Assembly: GCA_965235115.1 (NCBI GenBank)
Contig: OZ249442.1
Coordinates: forward strand, 11,594,001 to 11,658,000
Direction: 5' to 3'
Source: Laetmonice hystrix
Lineage: Eukaryota
DNA length: 64,000 bases
Shown here piece after piece: positions 23,536 to 39,928 of this stretch. The position numbers were made by a program, and so were the translations under genes. Each line of letters opens with the position of its first letter. Position 1 is the stretch's first letter. The notes under the pieces are model-generated. The model searched no databases, had not been told where the DNA came from, and saw only the letters and a list, made by a program, of their open reading frames with translations.

Positions 23536-25175
23536 GGTAGTGGAAATGAAAGGTACAGGCAAGGAGCATCTAATGTTAAAATTTGGAGAAGATACTCAAA
23601 GGGGAAGTATAGGCCTACATATCACAACCATTTATCTGTAGCGAACGATACGAGACGGAGACGTTTGACAGTTATATTATATTATTATGTCAGGGGTGTC
23701 TGAAAGCTTGTGCTAGATCCGGGAGGGGGAGGGGGATTGGCAGTAATTAATGCCTTTCGTGTCGTTAATGCCATGCAGTGAGTGAAAACCTTATTAAATT
23801 GAATACACAATCCTTTTTTTTAAATCCTGTTTAGATGAAGTGGTAATTAAACAATTGAAGCCCATGTCGAACATGTTCTATGGGAATCGAGTTCCTGCAC
23901 CATCGGCTACTTAGGCCTAACAGAAGCTTAGTCAGTCGGGAGCCCAATATAAGTAGGCCTAACTTCATGACTGATATAGGTTTATACATGTACATGTATA
24001 ACTACATTCAACATTTCGAACAATAATAATTAGAAAACTATCATATTTATCTTTATTTTCTTAATTTTTAGTTGTCACTCTCTTTCAATCGTTGTGAAGC
24101 CATTAAACGACAATGCGTCACGGAAACGATATCCTGCTCCTGCCATTGTGCCCTATAGACCTACTGAAGCTTACTATGAAACTTACTGTGTCAGCCGCTG
24201 CGGTCAGTAAAACACAAGTTAGGCCTATCATGCAGTGAACATCCTGAAGCAAACACTGTATCAAACATGTCTCGTCATCTGGCGGAGAATACTTCCCGGC
24301 GGGATCGTTTAGGCCTATAGGCCTATAGAGAGTCTATATAGGCCTATGGGGACCCAGTTGCAGAGCACTGGGAGGGAGTGCATGGTGTCTACGGTATGAA
24401 GGCTCCAAATCAATGGGCGGACCCAGAGATATGGGGGTCATGGGGGTTGAAACCAAACATAGCAAATCTTTCCTTTTTTTTGACTATTTCAGAATTCAAC
24501 ACTCCTCCTCACTTTGGCGCTGGGTGAATGTTTGAGTTTGAGTTTGAACCTCAAATGGTAGAGAATAGGCCTATAAAAAAATCTTACAAAAATAGTTACT
24601 CGGGGGGGGGGGGGGGGGGTCGCACCCCGTAACCCCCGGATCCGCCTCTGCAGTCATACTATAGTTCAAGTCCTCAAGTATTGCCCACCACATTATGTAA
24701 ACATGATATCGCGAACAAACCAGACTACGTCCGGGTGTATGTGTGGATGTGAAAGTGCTGGAACAGACTTTTCCTGCTCACAGAACCAACTATAACTTGT
24801 GCACTGACCTGTATACATAGCACATCATCACGTCGTGATCTAGAGGTAAGTGAACTATGGAATCTACAAACATAGGCTTACATAATGACCGTATGTTTTA
24901 GTATCAACAGTGACGGCACCAGACTGAGAAATCCAGAGGGAAAAAGTGCGGGCAAACAGAAACTTGGAACTTTACCAGAAACATTTGAATGGAAGGAGGT
25001 TCCATTTGAGGCGGATGACCCCCTCCCCCATTCCACGATCAACACAGGCCAACTTTTCTGTGCATTTTTTTCAATCTTCAGTGAAATTTTCTGATTTTTA
25101 AATAATGTTATAATATGAATGGTGACCAGCAGGTGGAAGCATACTTCTCGAGATCTGCAACCATCTTCCGCTCAC

Positions 25176-27744
25176 ATGATGAGGACGACGTTTTATCTGC
25201 GGTCATTGTTGAGTTCGACGTTCCTCGTTTTTTTACTCGGAGGGTTGATTGGTCAGGTTGTCCTGACAGCGAGTGACAGACCTTTTGAACGCCCGAAACC
25301 TGGCCACGCCTTCAACTGTGGTAAGTGAAAACAAATTCCGAACCCCCCTCTTGGTAACAATTTTTCTTTTTTTTTCACCATAAAACTTTCTGAATTGGCC
25401 AGGCTAAAAGCAAATTCGTCCCCTGACTACCCCCCCCCCTTACCAAAATCCTGGAGCCGCCCCTGCTGTTGCCGTTTTCTCCATTCATTTAGAATATAGG
25501 CCGGAACAGGGCTACACTAGCTAAAAGCCACCCCTCGTACCATCCAGACACGTTATAAGAAAACAAACTTTGACCAGGTATAACATATCGTTACAGGTGA
25601 TCGGCACACAGGCGCCTGGATCACGTGGAGGCCGCGTCAAATGAGATACGGTGACGTCATAACAATCAGTGCATACTTTAACCCTGGTATGTAAAGTTCA
25701 CTGCGTCTTGGTACAAAAAGGGAATAAAGAAGTGAACCGAACTTTTCGCCCTGAAGGGAATTGTTTTAACACGATAATGTGCAATACTTGTATCCCTTAG
25801 ATGGCAATGTAACAAAGATATCAGGTACACGTAATATATACAGTTTATACCCTAATACCGTTTTCCTGGGACTAATGTCCAAAAATCAAACCGGATATGA
25901 AAGACACTCGTCTTTTTTAATTCAATTGTACACATATCAGAGGTGTAGATTTAGAATCACTGCACGTGAATTGGATTTAAGTCGGATGTCACAAATTTGT
26001 ACATGGAAGTACAGTTATTGACCACCCGGGACACATGCAAGGTAAATATAGGCCTATGTCTGAATTCCGCAAATAGGTACATTATAACATGCGTCTTTAA
26101 TGACCTCCATTGTTTTCATACAGTATTTAATCTCAAGCATGGACTACTGAACGTATCATTTTCCCAACCTAATGCTCCAAACCTTCTTGTCGGAAATGTT
26201 GCATTTGGCTGTGCAGACATACACGTTTACGTCAAAGACAACAGAATATGCCCTTTCTACAAAGACCGTGTGTAGCAATTTGACATTATTATACAAGTTT
26301 TTTCGTTATGGACGAATTACATGCAATAAAATACGACATGATAATGATAGTTTAATCAATTTAATGTAATATTTCATATTATGTACTTTAAAAAGTACCA
26401 GTAAGTTATATTATTATATCATTATTATATCATTCTTAGTGGTAATAAAGAGGCGACAGGTTCAGTTCTAGGATAAAATGTGCTTTAACGTTTCCCCCGG
26501 TTTAATGTACTCAACATCGATCGACTTTTTGATAGGTCCCATCATATTTAAAGAATTTAAAGTGAAACTTCCCCCGTCTACGCCATTAATACCTGTAAGT
26601 ATGTAGAAATTATTTCTATTCCTTGTGTATATATTATGTACATGTACATGAATACATCTATAGTATCGGGTGGATAAAAAAAATGCCCCGAACTTTAAAC
26701 TTTAATATCTCAAAAACTATCCATTATAATTCAATAAAATTTCTCTTACTATAACTTCGTGATCATATCTCTTGTATGTTAAAGTTTCAGCTCAATAGCT
26801 TTGATAGTAATCCCGTGGCCCTAAAAACAAAAATCCGTGTCTAAAAACACAATGCCGGAATTAGGTCAAATATCATGCAGCTGCCAGGTGTCCAATTTGA
26901 CACTTATTTGATGCACCGCATTGTACCTTGGGTAAAGAAGTTTTCAATATTTAGTTTTTGCATGGTTTACAATATGTATAATGTTGTGAACCACTAGATA
27001 TAATAAATTATGTGCTATTCCTAGTACTTCCAGAGAAACCCAGATGTTTAATTTGCCAAACCCTACAGAGAAACTGCAGCATTAGGACGATATGACTGTA
27101 ACCAGAAGTTTAAGGGAAATCGTATCATTATCACGTTTAGCAACACGTTCAGAACGCTGTTTATTTCCCAATAATGGGAGGATAATTCCCTATCAGAGAT
27201 CAGGAAGTGCATTGGCGCATGTAAAAAGAGACTGAGAGCAGTATGAAGTGAACACGGGGGACCGATTGACCACCTACTCTAGTGTGAGGCCAGGCACTCT
27301 GGTGCGACTACCACTCGCTTTAGCCCGGCATTGCGCTTTTGTACAATGATTTTTGTTTTTAGCGCTACGGAAATACTATCCAAGCTATTTAGTTGTAACA
27401 CTAACAACTAAGAGACAACATCGTGAAGTGATAGTAAGAAAAATTTCATTGAATTACAATCAATACTTTTTGAAATATTGGAGTTTAAAGTTCGGGGCGT
27501 TTTTTTTTATCCACCCTATATATGTATATGTAAATGGGAATTCAGGTAAACATGCACGCCTGCCCCAAGTAATCATTTGCGAACATCAATTTTTCAGGGT
27601 ACATACACCTTCAAGCTTAATATCTTTGACGACCATGGGAGGAGGTTTGCCTGTCTCGTCGGTGTGATATCGATCCTGGATGATTTCAATATGATTCGTC
27701 GTTCTGGGAGCCGATACATGGAACCTAACATTCAGATAAACTGA
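25176..27744 (+). CDS. ML (MD-2-related lipid recognition) domain protein 1, MD-2/MD-1-like, secreted (194 aa)
   Basis: Exons 25176-25320, 25597-25686, 26124-26267, 26536-26594, 27598-27744; GT-AG, phases 1,1,1,0; ends TGA. Signal peptide; 4-Cys ML pattern (FNC, GCAD, ICPFYKD, FACL); ITWRP and GTY motifs. A probable UTR exon ends at 24845 (AG|GTAAGT). Confidence 0.88.
26666..27518. mobile_element. Non-autonomous Tc1/mariner-type element in ML1 intron 4
   Basis: About 35-bp TIRs gggtggataaaaaaaaatgccccgaactttaaact / agtttaaagttcggggcgtttttttttatccaccc, flanked by TA; no transposase ORF. Confidence 0.8.
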
Positions 27745-29428
27745 GATAACATAATCATGCAGATCTCTACATAAGGAGCCACTATATGTATACATGTATA
27801 TACTGCACCTTCAGTGAGTCACGTAAGACTAAACACTACTTTCACTTAGGACTAACAGTCTTTGTATATTCAAGATAAAGACCGACGGCGACAAGAAAAA
27901 CAAATTTAGTGGTTGACCACTGACTATACCATAGACCTATAGGCCTACCAGTGTAACGTTAGATGTTAGAAGTTCAGTTATTCGCTGCACGAGACTACCA
28001 CTAGAATGTAGAAGTAGGCCTAGGCCCATGTAGAGAGCCCAATAAAAACACATTGCCGGGCCCCCACCGGCCTGAGCCTGGAGGCCAGATATGCCACTGC
28101 ATCTCATGTATTATGTGCGCTGCATGCATTTGGTTATTTGCTAATTGTTTCATCGACTACTGTCACTCCTGACATAGCACTATAGCTATAATGCAGCAGC
28201 CAGGGGCGTGGGAAAGGACGGGGGCACGGGGGCCACCCTGATATATCCCCCCACCCCAATAGTTGACCCCCCCCCACCTTATTTCTGCATGCGGACTGAT
28301 TCTTCTGATAACTATAAGGCCTTGGATTTTGTTCCCAGATGATGCCAGGAAAATGGGGCATTTAGCACTATTTTCAATGGTTTTTTTTGGGGGGGGGGGA
28401 GGACCCCAGACCCCCAGCTCTAAGCTTCACGTCTTCGGCGCTCGGATGGGGGTGCCGCGTCCCCCGTTTCCTAAATTCATGGATCCGTCCTTGCAGTCCC
28501 TCCAATAAAAATTTGCTTCCTACGCCACTGAAATAGGCATAGGCTTTCAACATGTAGAGAACCCAATAAAAACACGTTGCTATACCCCACCGGCTGTATT
28601 GGAGTATTGGAGTATGCCAATGCATCTCATGCATGCAATGCATCTCATGCATGCATTTGAATCCAAGACAAGATCACCCCCCCCCCCCGTCTTCCGACCC
28701 CCCCCCCCCCCCCCCACCCTCCCAACCCCATCCCCCATGCACCCCGTCTTGTGAATTAGCGAAGTAACTGTCGGAGAATGCAAGGTGCCTGTGAAGGCCA
28801 GAATATTCAGTGTCTGAAGGCCAGGAATTCCACCGTGAACCGGTGTGGAGTTTCAGTTTGTCTGTGAAGTAGAGTTTGTACCTCTAGGCCACCGTACATT
28901 ACGTACCGAGGAAAAAATGTCATGTTACGAGGTCCGTGAACCATGACTGGGATTTCCCCGCAGCCTGCATCGCACTGACCTGTTTACAGTTGTTCTGGAG
29001 GACTAAACGATCTATAGAGCCGTACTATCTGTATGGACAGTAATATAACCGTACTGTTCACCATAAATGACACAGATCCACACGTGTCATTACGGAAACG
29101 TTTGCAATAAGCCTAAATGGTCGCCAGACACCAAACCGACCTCGGCTGAAAGGTCAGTATAACTAAATAGGCCTAACCCACATTTACATCAGATATAAAT
29201 GTATACACTCGAGCAAGTGATAGATCGTTTGGCGCACGTGATTTCCCAGAAAATGGGCCTCAGAGCTCTATTATATAACCTCCGTATGGCTGTAACTTGT
29301 AAGCAAAATATTGTAAACCTAATATGCATTATTGATGGCCAAGGAGTCAATTAGCACATGTACGTATGTAAAGCAATATTGGAGCTAATAATATGCATAT
29401 CCCCTAATATACGTTATTTTGCTTCTAG

Positions 29429-32400
29429 ATGACGAAATCAGTTGATTGGTCCCTTCGGCTGGTCGTAACTGCCTGCCTTGCTACTTGTCTTCTTGGGGCA
29501 GTCATCAGCAGTTCTAAGGGGAATGATGTGCACGTTAAATTCCCTGATATTGGTCAAGTAACGGATTGTGGCAAGTCTGATGATTTCCTGTATCTAAATC
29601 TAATAACGCCTACGTTAAGTCATCTGTGTGCACATGTGTGTTGTTTGTCATAGGTCTATGGCGATAATATAAATAAACGTGCTGTTTATTCGGTACGCAA
29701 TCTATAGAACACAACCATTTGAGATGTCATGGGCAAAATGAAAAGGCGGCTTGATTAAAGGGTTGGGGGGGGGGGGGGGGTCGCTGAGAGGATTATGTAT
29801 AGATCTAACCTAAACAATTATTGAAGGTTGTTGAGGTTTAACAAGTGGAACGGACCGGAATCCTCACTGCTCAGAGTGAGATGTAGTTGTGCTATATCGA
29901 GTATAGGCAGATGTAATATTCTGGTGGTGAAGAAAGAACAAAAATTAGGAGTGAACCAAAAATAATGACGTGGATCATGGGAACATTATATCACAATGAC
30001 TATTATACAAATATGGCACTTGGTTGAGTGCAATATGAAAATTTATGGCACGATGGCAACTGATATTGCACGACGCGAAGCGGAGTGCAATATCAGTTTC
30101 CAGAGTGCCATAAATTTTCATATTGCACGATACCAAGTGCCATATTTGTTTTATTTTATGGCTGCCGCACTTTTCCTGTCTATGCCAGGACCCATCAACG
30201 ACTGCACAGTCAGTTTAACTTTACTCCATAAGACTCATCATCTAGACCTAGGCCTACCGGTATGCTGAGCCTCAGTGCGTCAGTACTCGCAATTCTACCA
30301 GTAAATCATGATCAAAACATGACCAATTAACAATCAGTCACCACATAAACTTCTCATGTCGGGAAATTAGATAGGCTACAGGGATCCATCGTGTTCACGA
30401 CCGCTTTATTTAGCTAGGCCTAGAGCCAGCCTAGACAAGAGGCTATACAAGATTCTGAACTCAGCCTTGCGTAGTTTCCGCTTTGCTTTCATACGCTGTC
30501 ACCCCCCAGGCTGTTCTATTAAACTTACGTTAAGAATGCCTAGGAGCCTATTTGCACGAGGGGGTGAAAACACTTGACGGCAATGCAAAAGTAATATTGA
30601 CTGGTCAATATTACTTTTTCCGTGCAATATTAGTTTTTATCTGTGATCACGTGACAGGGAACTGACCAATCAGGACAGGGAAAGTGCGGCAGCCATAAAA
30701 TAAAGGCCTATATTGCGTGCGGTAACAGATTTCTGAACTCGTTGCACTGAACTCGTTGCACTGCATGGAAGTATATCCTACAGCCTGATTGACTATTTAA
30801 AGTGGGGACTAGTGGGATTTGTTGTTGGCTCCTGACTATGTGCAAGTATCGTTGTTGCAGAAGGTAAAAGTGAAAACTTCAAGATCACGTGGACTCCTAA
30901 ACAGCTATCCATTGGAGATACGGTCACTGCGAATGGTTACATCAAACCAGGTCCGTATTATATGTGGGCATTAAAGGAAAAGTAAAATAGGTGAACGTGA
31001 AGAAAGTATTGAAAAATAGTTATATCTCTTATATGATCATCTGGTTGTTGGTAATCTTATCACAGATAAGATAGTCCTCTTATACTTTAAATTAGGTACA
31101 AATATAATCGTTTTCCTGTGACTTAGGACCAAAGACAAAAACAAAACAAAACAGGTTCGTTTTCCTGTGACTTACGACCAAAGACAAAAACAAAACAAAG
31201 CAGGTATAAAAGACGATCGTCTTTTTTCGATTCACTGAAAAATATCTGATTTCACCCACAAATTTGTCAAGAAATACCTAGGGTAAAACCCTAAATATAT
31301 AGGGTAAAACGACTAGGATGATTTTTGTTTAATCCTACAGAACGTGACATATGGAAGAAGCCAAATTACAATTTTTCTTAGTCCTTTCCTATAAGCTTTC
31401 AGCCTTGGATATTCAAGTAACTCTGACAAAAAATACAGTGTCAATACCTTACAACATAATTGATTAAAATATTTTCAGCTTCGAGATAAAACATATTATG
31501 TTTGCTAAATAGTTGGAAGATAGGCCCTACATGGACAGGACATCATAACTCGTTGTGAAAAACCTTAGTTGGTATTACTGCCACCAGGGGGCGGCAATTC
31601 GTCTATCATAGCATGGCACCAGAATGTGAAGCACCAGTTAGACAGTCCCAAAAGAGAAATATCAGAAATCTGTCGGCCCTGTTGAGTAACCTAGGCCTAG
31701 GGCCTAAATTTAGGACACCTCACCAAGATATGTGCCATTGTGTAACATGAAGAAATAATATAGGCCTACATTTAATTCAACCGTCATAATTTTATAGTGC
31801 TTTGTGTTTTCTCCCGGAAATATAGCGCGTGACTTAATAGAGGGAGGATGGGCGAATTTTAGTGCGTTCCTGGAAGGTGTTCCCCACCCCGCCTTCGCCT
31901 CGTATGGCCACTTCAAGTGTGAAGACGTCCAAACCTATGTGCCGTGGAAAGTGTGCCCTCTTTTGAAAGACCGTAAGTATCAGCCTTAGAATTTTCTAGT
32001 TAATCTTCTGGGCTTTTAAATTTTGTTTTCTATGTTATAGACCCAATTTGCTATATTCTGAAGACATTGCTGTTGTCCACAGCCTTACTTTTATTATCAT
32101 ACTATTTCAGTATAATTTCTTTGTTTGTTTGTAGGTCCGGTCATAGTACGGAATTACAAGTATCTAATCAAACCATCGGAGCCAGTACCAGTCGTATGTC
32201 AAACGCTTGATTCGAACTTTCTCTTCCTATACTAATAGACAGACCTTTTTCTTGAGATATTATCAGGGCATATAGGTCTAGACAAAACAGGAGCGGATCT
32301 GGAATTTTTGAAGATAAGAGGGGGGACAGCTAGTTTTGTGTGTCCGTTCTATTTTTTCTAATATTTTCTTTTCACCTGTTTTGTCTATAAAATGGGGGTA

Positions 32401-32716
32401 TCCCCCACCCCCTCGGACTTTCCTATAGATATGCGACTTGGGCCTAATTTCTTTTATAGGCCTATTGTTTTAAATTTCTGTTGATGTGAAGATGTTGGCA
32501 AATGGAGAAGAACTAGTACAATATAGGGGGCCTACAGAGTTTTGTGGCCAACGTGCCGACCACGTAGACCTAATATAGGCCTATATAGTTCTGTTTCACT
32601 AATATTTTCATGTTCCACTGTTGCAGGGAAAGTATTCTCTGAGATTTGAGCTCTTTGACAACAACAAGAAGAGATTCGGTTGTTTCATTGCCACCCTTGA
32701 GCTTCTCGATACTTAA
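29429..32716 (+). CDS. ML domain protein 2, MD-2/MD-1-like, secreted (175 aa)
   Basis: Exons 29429-29570 (GC donor G|GCAAGT), 30861-30950, 31826-31972, 32135-32193, 32627-32716; phases 1,1,1,0; exons 2 and 4 equal ML1 lengths (90, 59 nt). Motifs YIKP|ARDL, KCED, VCPLLKD, GKY, FGCF; ends TAA. A probable UTR exon ends at 29152 (AG|GTCAGT). Confidence 0.9.
30008..30705. mobile_element. Palindromic repeat element(s) in ML2 intron 1
   Basis: About 140-bp palindrome 30008-30148 centred on cgcgaagcg; further inverted pair tatggctgccgcactttt/ccctgtc (about 30156) and gacagggaaagtgcggcagccata (about 30675). Confidence 0.65.
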
Positions 32717-33213
32717 AGGACGCCACACCAACAACCAGACTCCGAGAACGAGAAGTAAAGAAGAAAATACCTACTTTACAATAAGGGCGTGGTTCAATCG
32801 AGACCCACAAAACGTATTCTGACTGTACGCACAGTTTAAATATGGCGGACACAGCATTGCAGACATTATTAATATGACCATATTGAATGAATACAAAGGT
32901 CAGTCTGAGCTCAGCCTTTGGGCCGGGGTTAATTTGATCATATCACAACTAGGTAATGTATTCCGAGGAAGGAGGCTGGTTCCTCCTCTCTTCAGATCTG
33001 TTCATGTGAAGATGTTGGCAAATGGAAAAGAATTAGTACCTATACAGGCTATAGGAGGCCTACAGAGTTTTGTGGCCAACGTGCCGACTATTTTTCCATG
33101 GTAAAATAACGCATGCTATATAGTCTACTACTGCTGTAGGCTAATACCTTTCAATACTCAGTGAAAATATATCTTTTTTAATCACGGCCAGAGCATTGTA
33201 GGTGTATATATTT

Positions 33214-33398
33214 CAGGCGCGGATCCAGAAATTTTTGCGGAGGGGGGGGGGGGGGGGGTCCAGAAGATGCGAACCGCCGGGGGATGGGGCAATGGTCTGG
33301 GGCCCTTCCCCGATAGCATTACAAAAACCTAAGTTGGTCCCGAGCAGGGGGGGGGGTCCGGACCCCCTGGACCGCCCCCCCCTCTGGATCCGCGCCTG
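33214..33398. mobile_element. Short poly-G MITE (caggcgcggatccaga TIR); related copies near 5660-5785, 10224-10535, 24357-24650 and 25330-25465
   Basis: Perfect 16-bp TIR caggcgcggatccaga/tctggatccgcgcctg; TATTT on both flanks; the GGATCC-containing ends recur through the window. Confidence 0.7.
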
Positions 33399-35125
33399 TA
33401 TTTACCCAAGAATCTAGATGTAATCCGGCCGGCGGCAGTAACTGACGGTTGTCCCACCAAACGAATGGCACTGCCACGCCCCCTGGCGTGAGTGAAACTA
33501 ATGGTTCCGTCACGCCCCCTAGCGTGAGTTAACGAATGGCTCACCAGAACCAGATAGGCGGCGCCACTGTGGATGAAGCCATGGAAGTTGGCTGGTTCCC
33601 AGCTCCCTCACTAGGTGTCTCTAGGCCAACAAGAGAGATGTCCGTGGAGTCCAGCTGGTTGCAGGGAGGCAGCGTGTCCAGCCAAACATGGAAGTGCGTA
33701 GAACGAGATCACTTGTTGCTCGAGGAGGACTCTTTTGGTGGAAAATATAGATTTTATTATATCCAGATTTAGGCATTAATGTATAGCTTTGTTTGATAAA
33801 AAGTACAAGAGCAGAACACTACGGTACATGTATGTATATATTCGAAAGTTTAAATTAAATCTGCATTTGAGGGGGGGGGGGGATATATCGGGTGGGCAAA
33901 AAAAAACAAACAACAAACTGGAACACTCATTTCTTGACTAACTTCTAGACTTAACTTCTCAATCAACATATTAAGAACAAATTAGATAGGCCTTCATCGT
34001 TTAAAGTGAACAAGGCTCAGAGCTAGAAGCGCTATCTTATATAAGCAACGCCTTGTCCGGGCAAGAAACTATTGTCTCTTTTTGGCTGCAGAGGCTTATG
34101 GGGTCGCAATAGCCACACTAACTATAGAAATATGATTGTGGCTAGCAGTTTGGATGCATCTATAGAAACTGCAATTAAAGAGCATCAAACATACACATGT
34201 AGCTTAGTATTTATTATCTCTACAGGGCCTAATAAACATGCATTATCCGGAAAGTCTGTTGCCTAGGCTACTTATTGTTTTTTTTCTGTTTAAAAACGAT
34301 TAAATAAATAATAACGTTACTAGCCCCCCCCCCCCCCCCGCTCAGAGCAATAATTAGGAAAATACATTGTCTGAAATTTATATCGCTTATAAAATTTGGC
34401 AGACAAAGATTGTACAATCTTTGGTATAGAGACTGGTGTTTGTAGATCGGTGTAATGACCTGATGGTAGGCCTACAAGGTAGACTAAGAGATGGTAGGGT
34501 TGTGGATCGTAGATGTCCATGTCTTAGGCCTAATAATTATTGTTTGCTATGGACACATAGGCGTAGGCCTATATAGGCCTATTTGAATATCTCTGGTCTC
34601 TTATACCAAAAGGAATAGCCATAGACCTATCCACTGCTATGTTATAAGATACAAGTATTGTCAGCCTAGATGTCGGCAGTTCCATTATGGCCGTCTGGCA
34701 GGCATTTAATTAGCCTACGGCCTATAGCCTCCCTTCCAACAAGACCTCCTCCCTCTCAGGACCCCCCCCCCCCCGGCCCGAGCCACATAGCCGCATCTAG
34801 GCCAAGATCCATGAGTTACCCGGTAGGCCCATCGGGCTTGGTCACAACCCGAATGACGCATAATGTGGCGTAATAACATAATCGAGGCAGGACCCCTTGA
34901 CTGCAAAGGAAAGAATCAATAATTTGATAGTCTAAAGTAGGCCTAGGCGTGTAACAGTGCAGGTCAAAGAGGAGCCTGGGCCTCCACCCGGGCCCCACCC
35001 GCCACACACACACACACCACCCCACAGCCTACATCCGCCGGGGCATGCGTACTTAGTTTTTGTGACGTCATCACAGCTTTGACATCACCAACAATCTTGC
35101 AGTTGGTCTTGTGATACTAGCGAAA

Positions 35126-39928
<4,803 letters not shown>

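Noticed and set aside
25176-25320. Idea that this exon is an alternative first exon of ML2
   Set aside because: It has its own complete downstream exon set (25597-27744), so it is a separate paralog.
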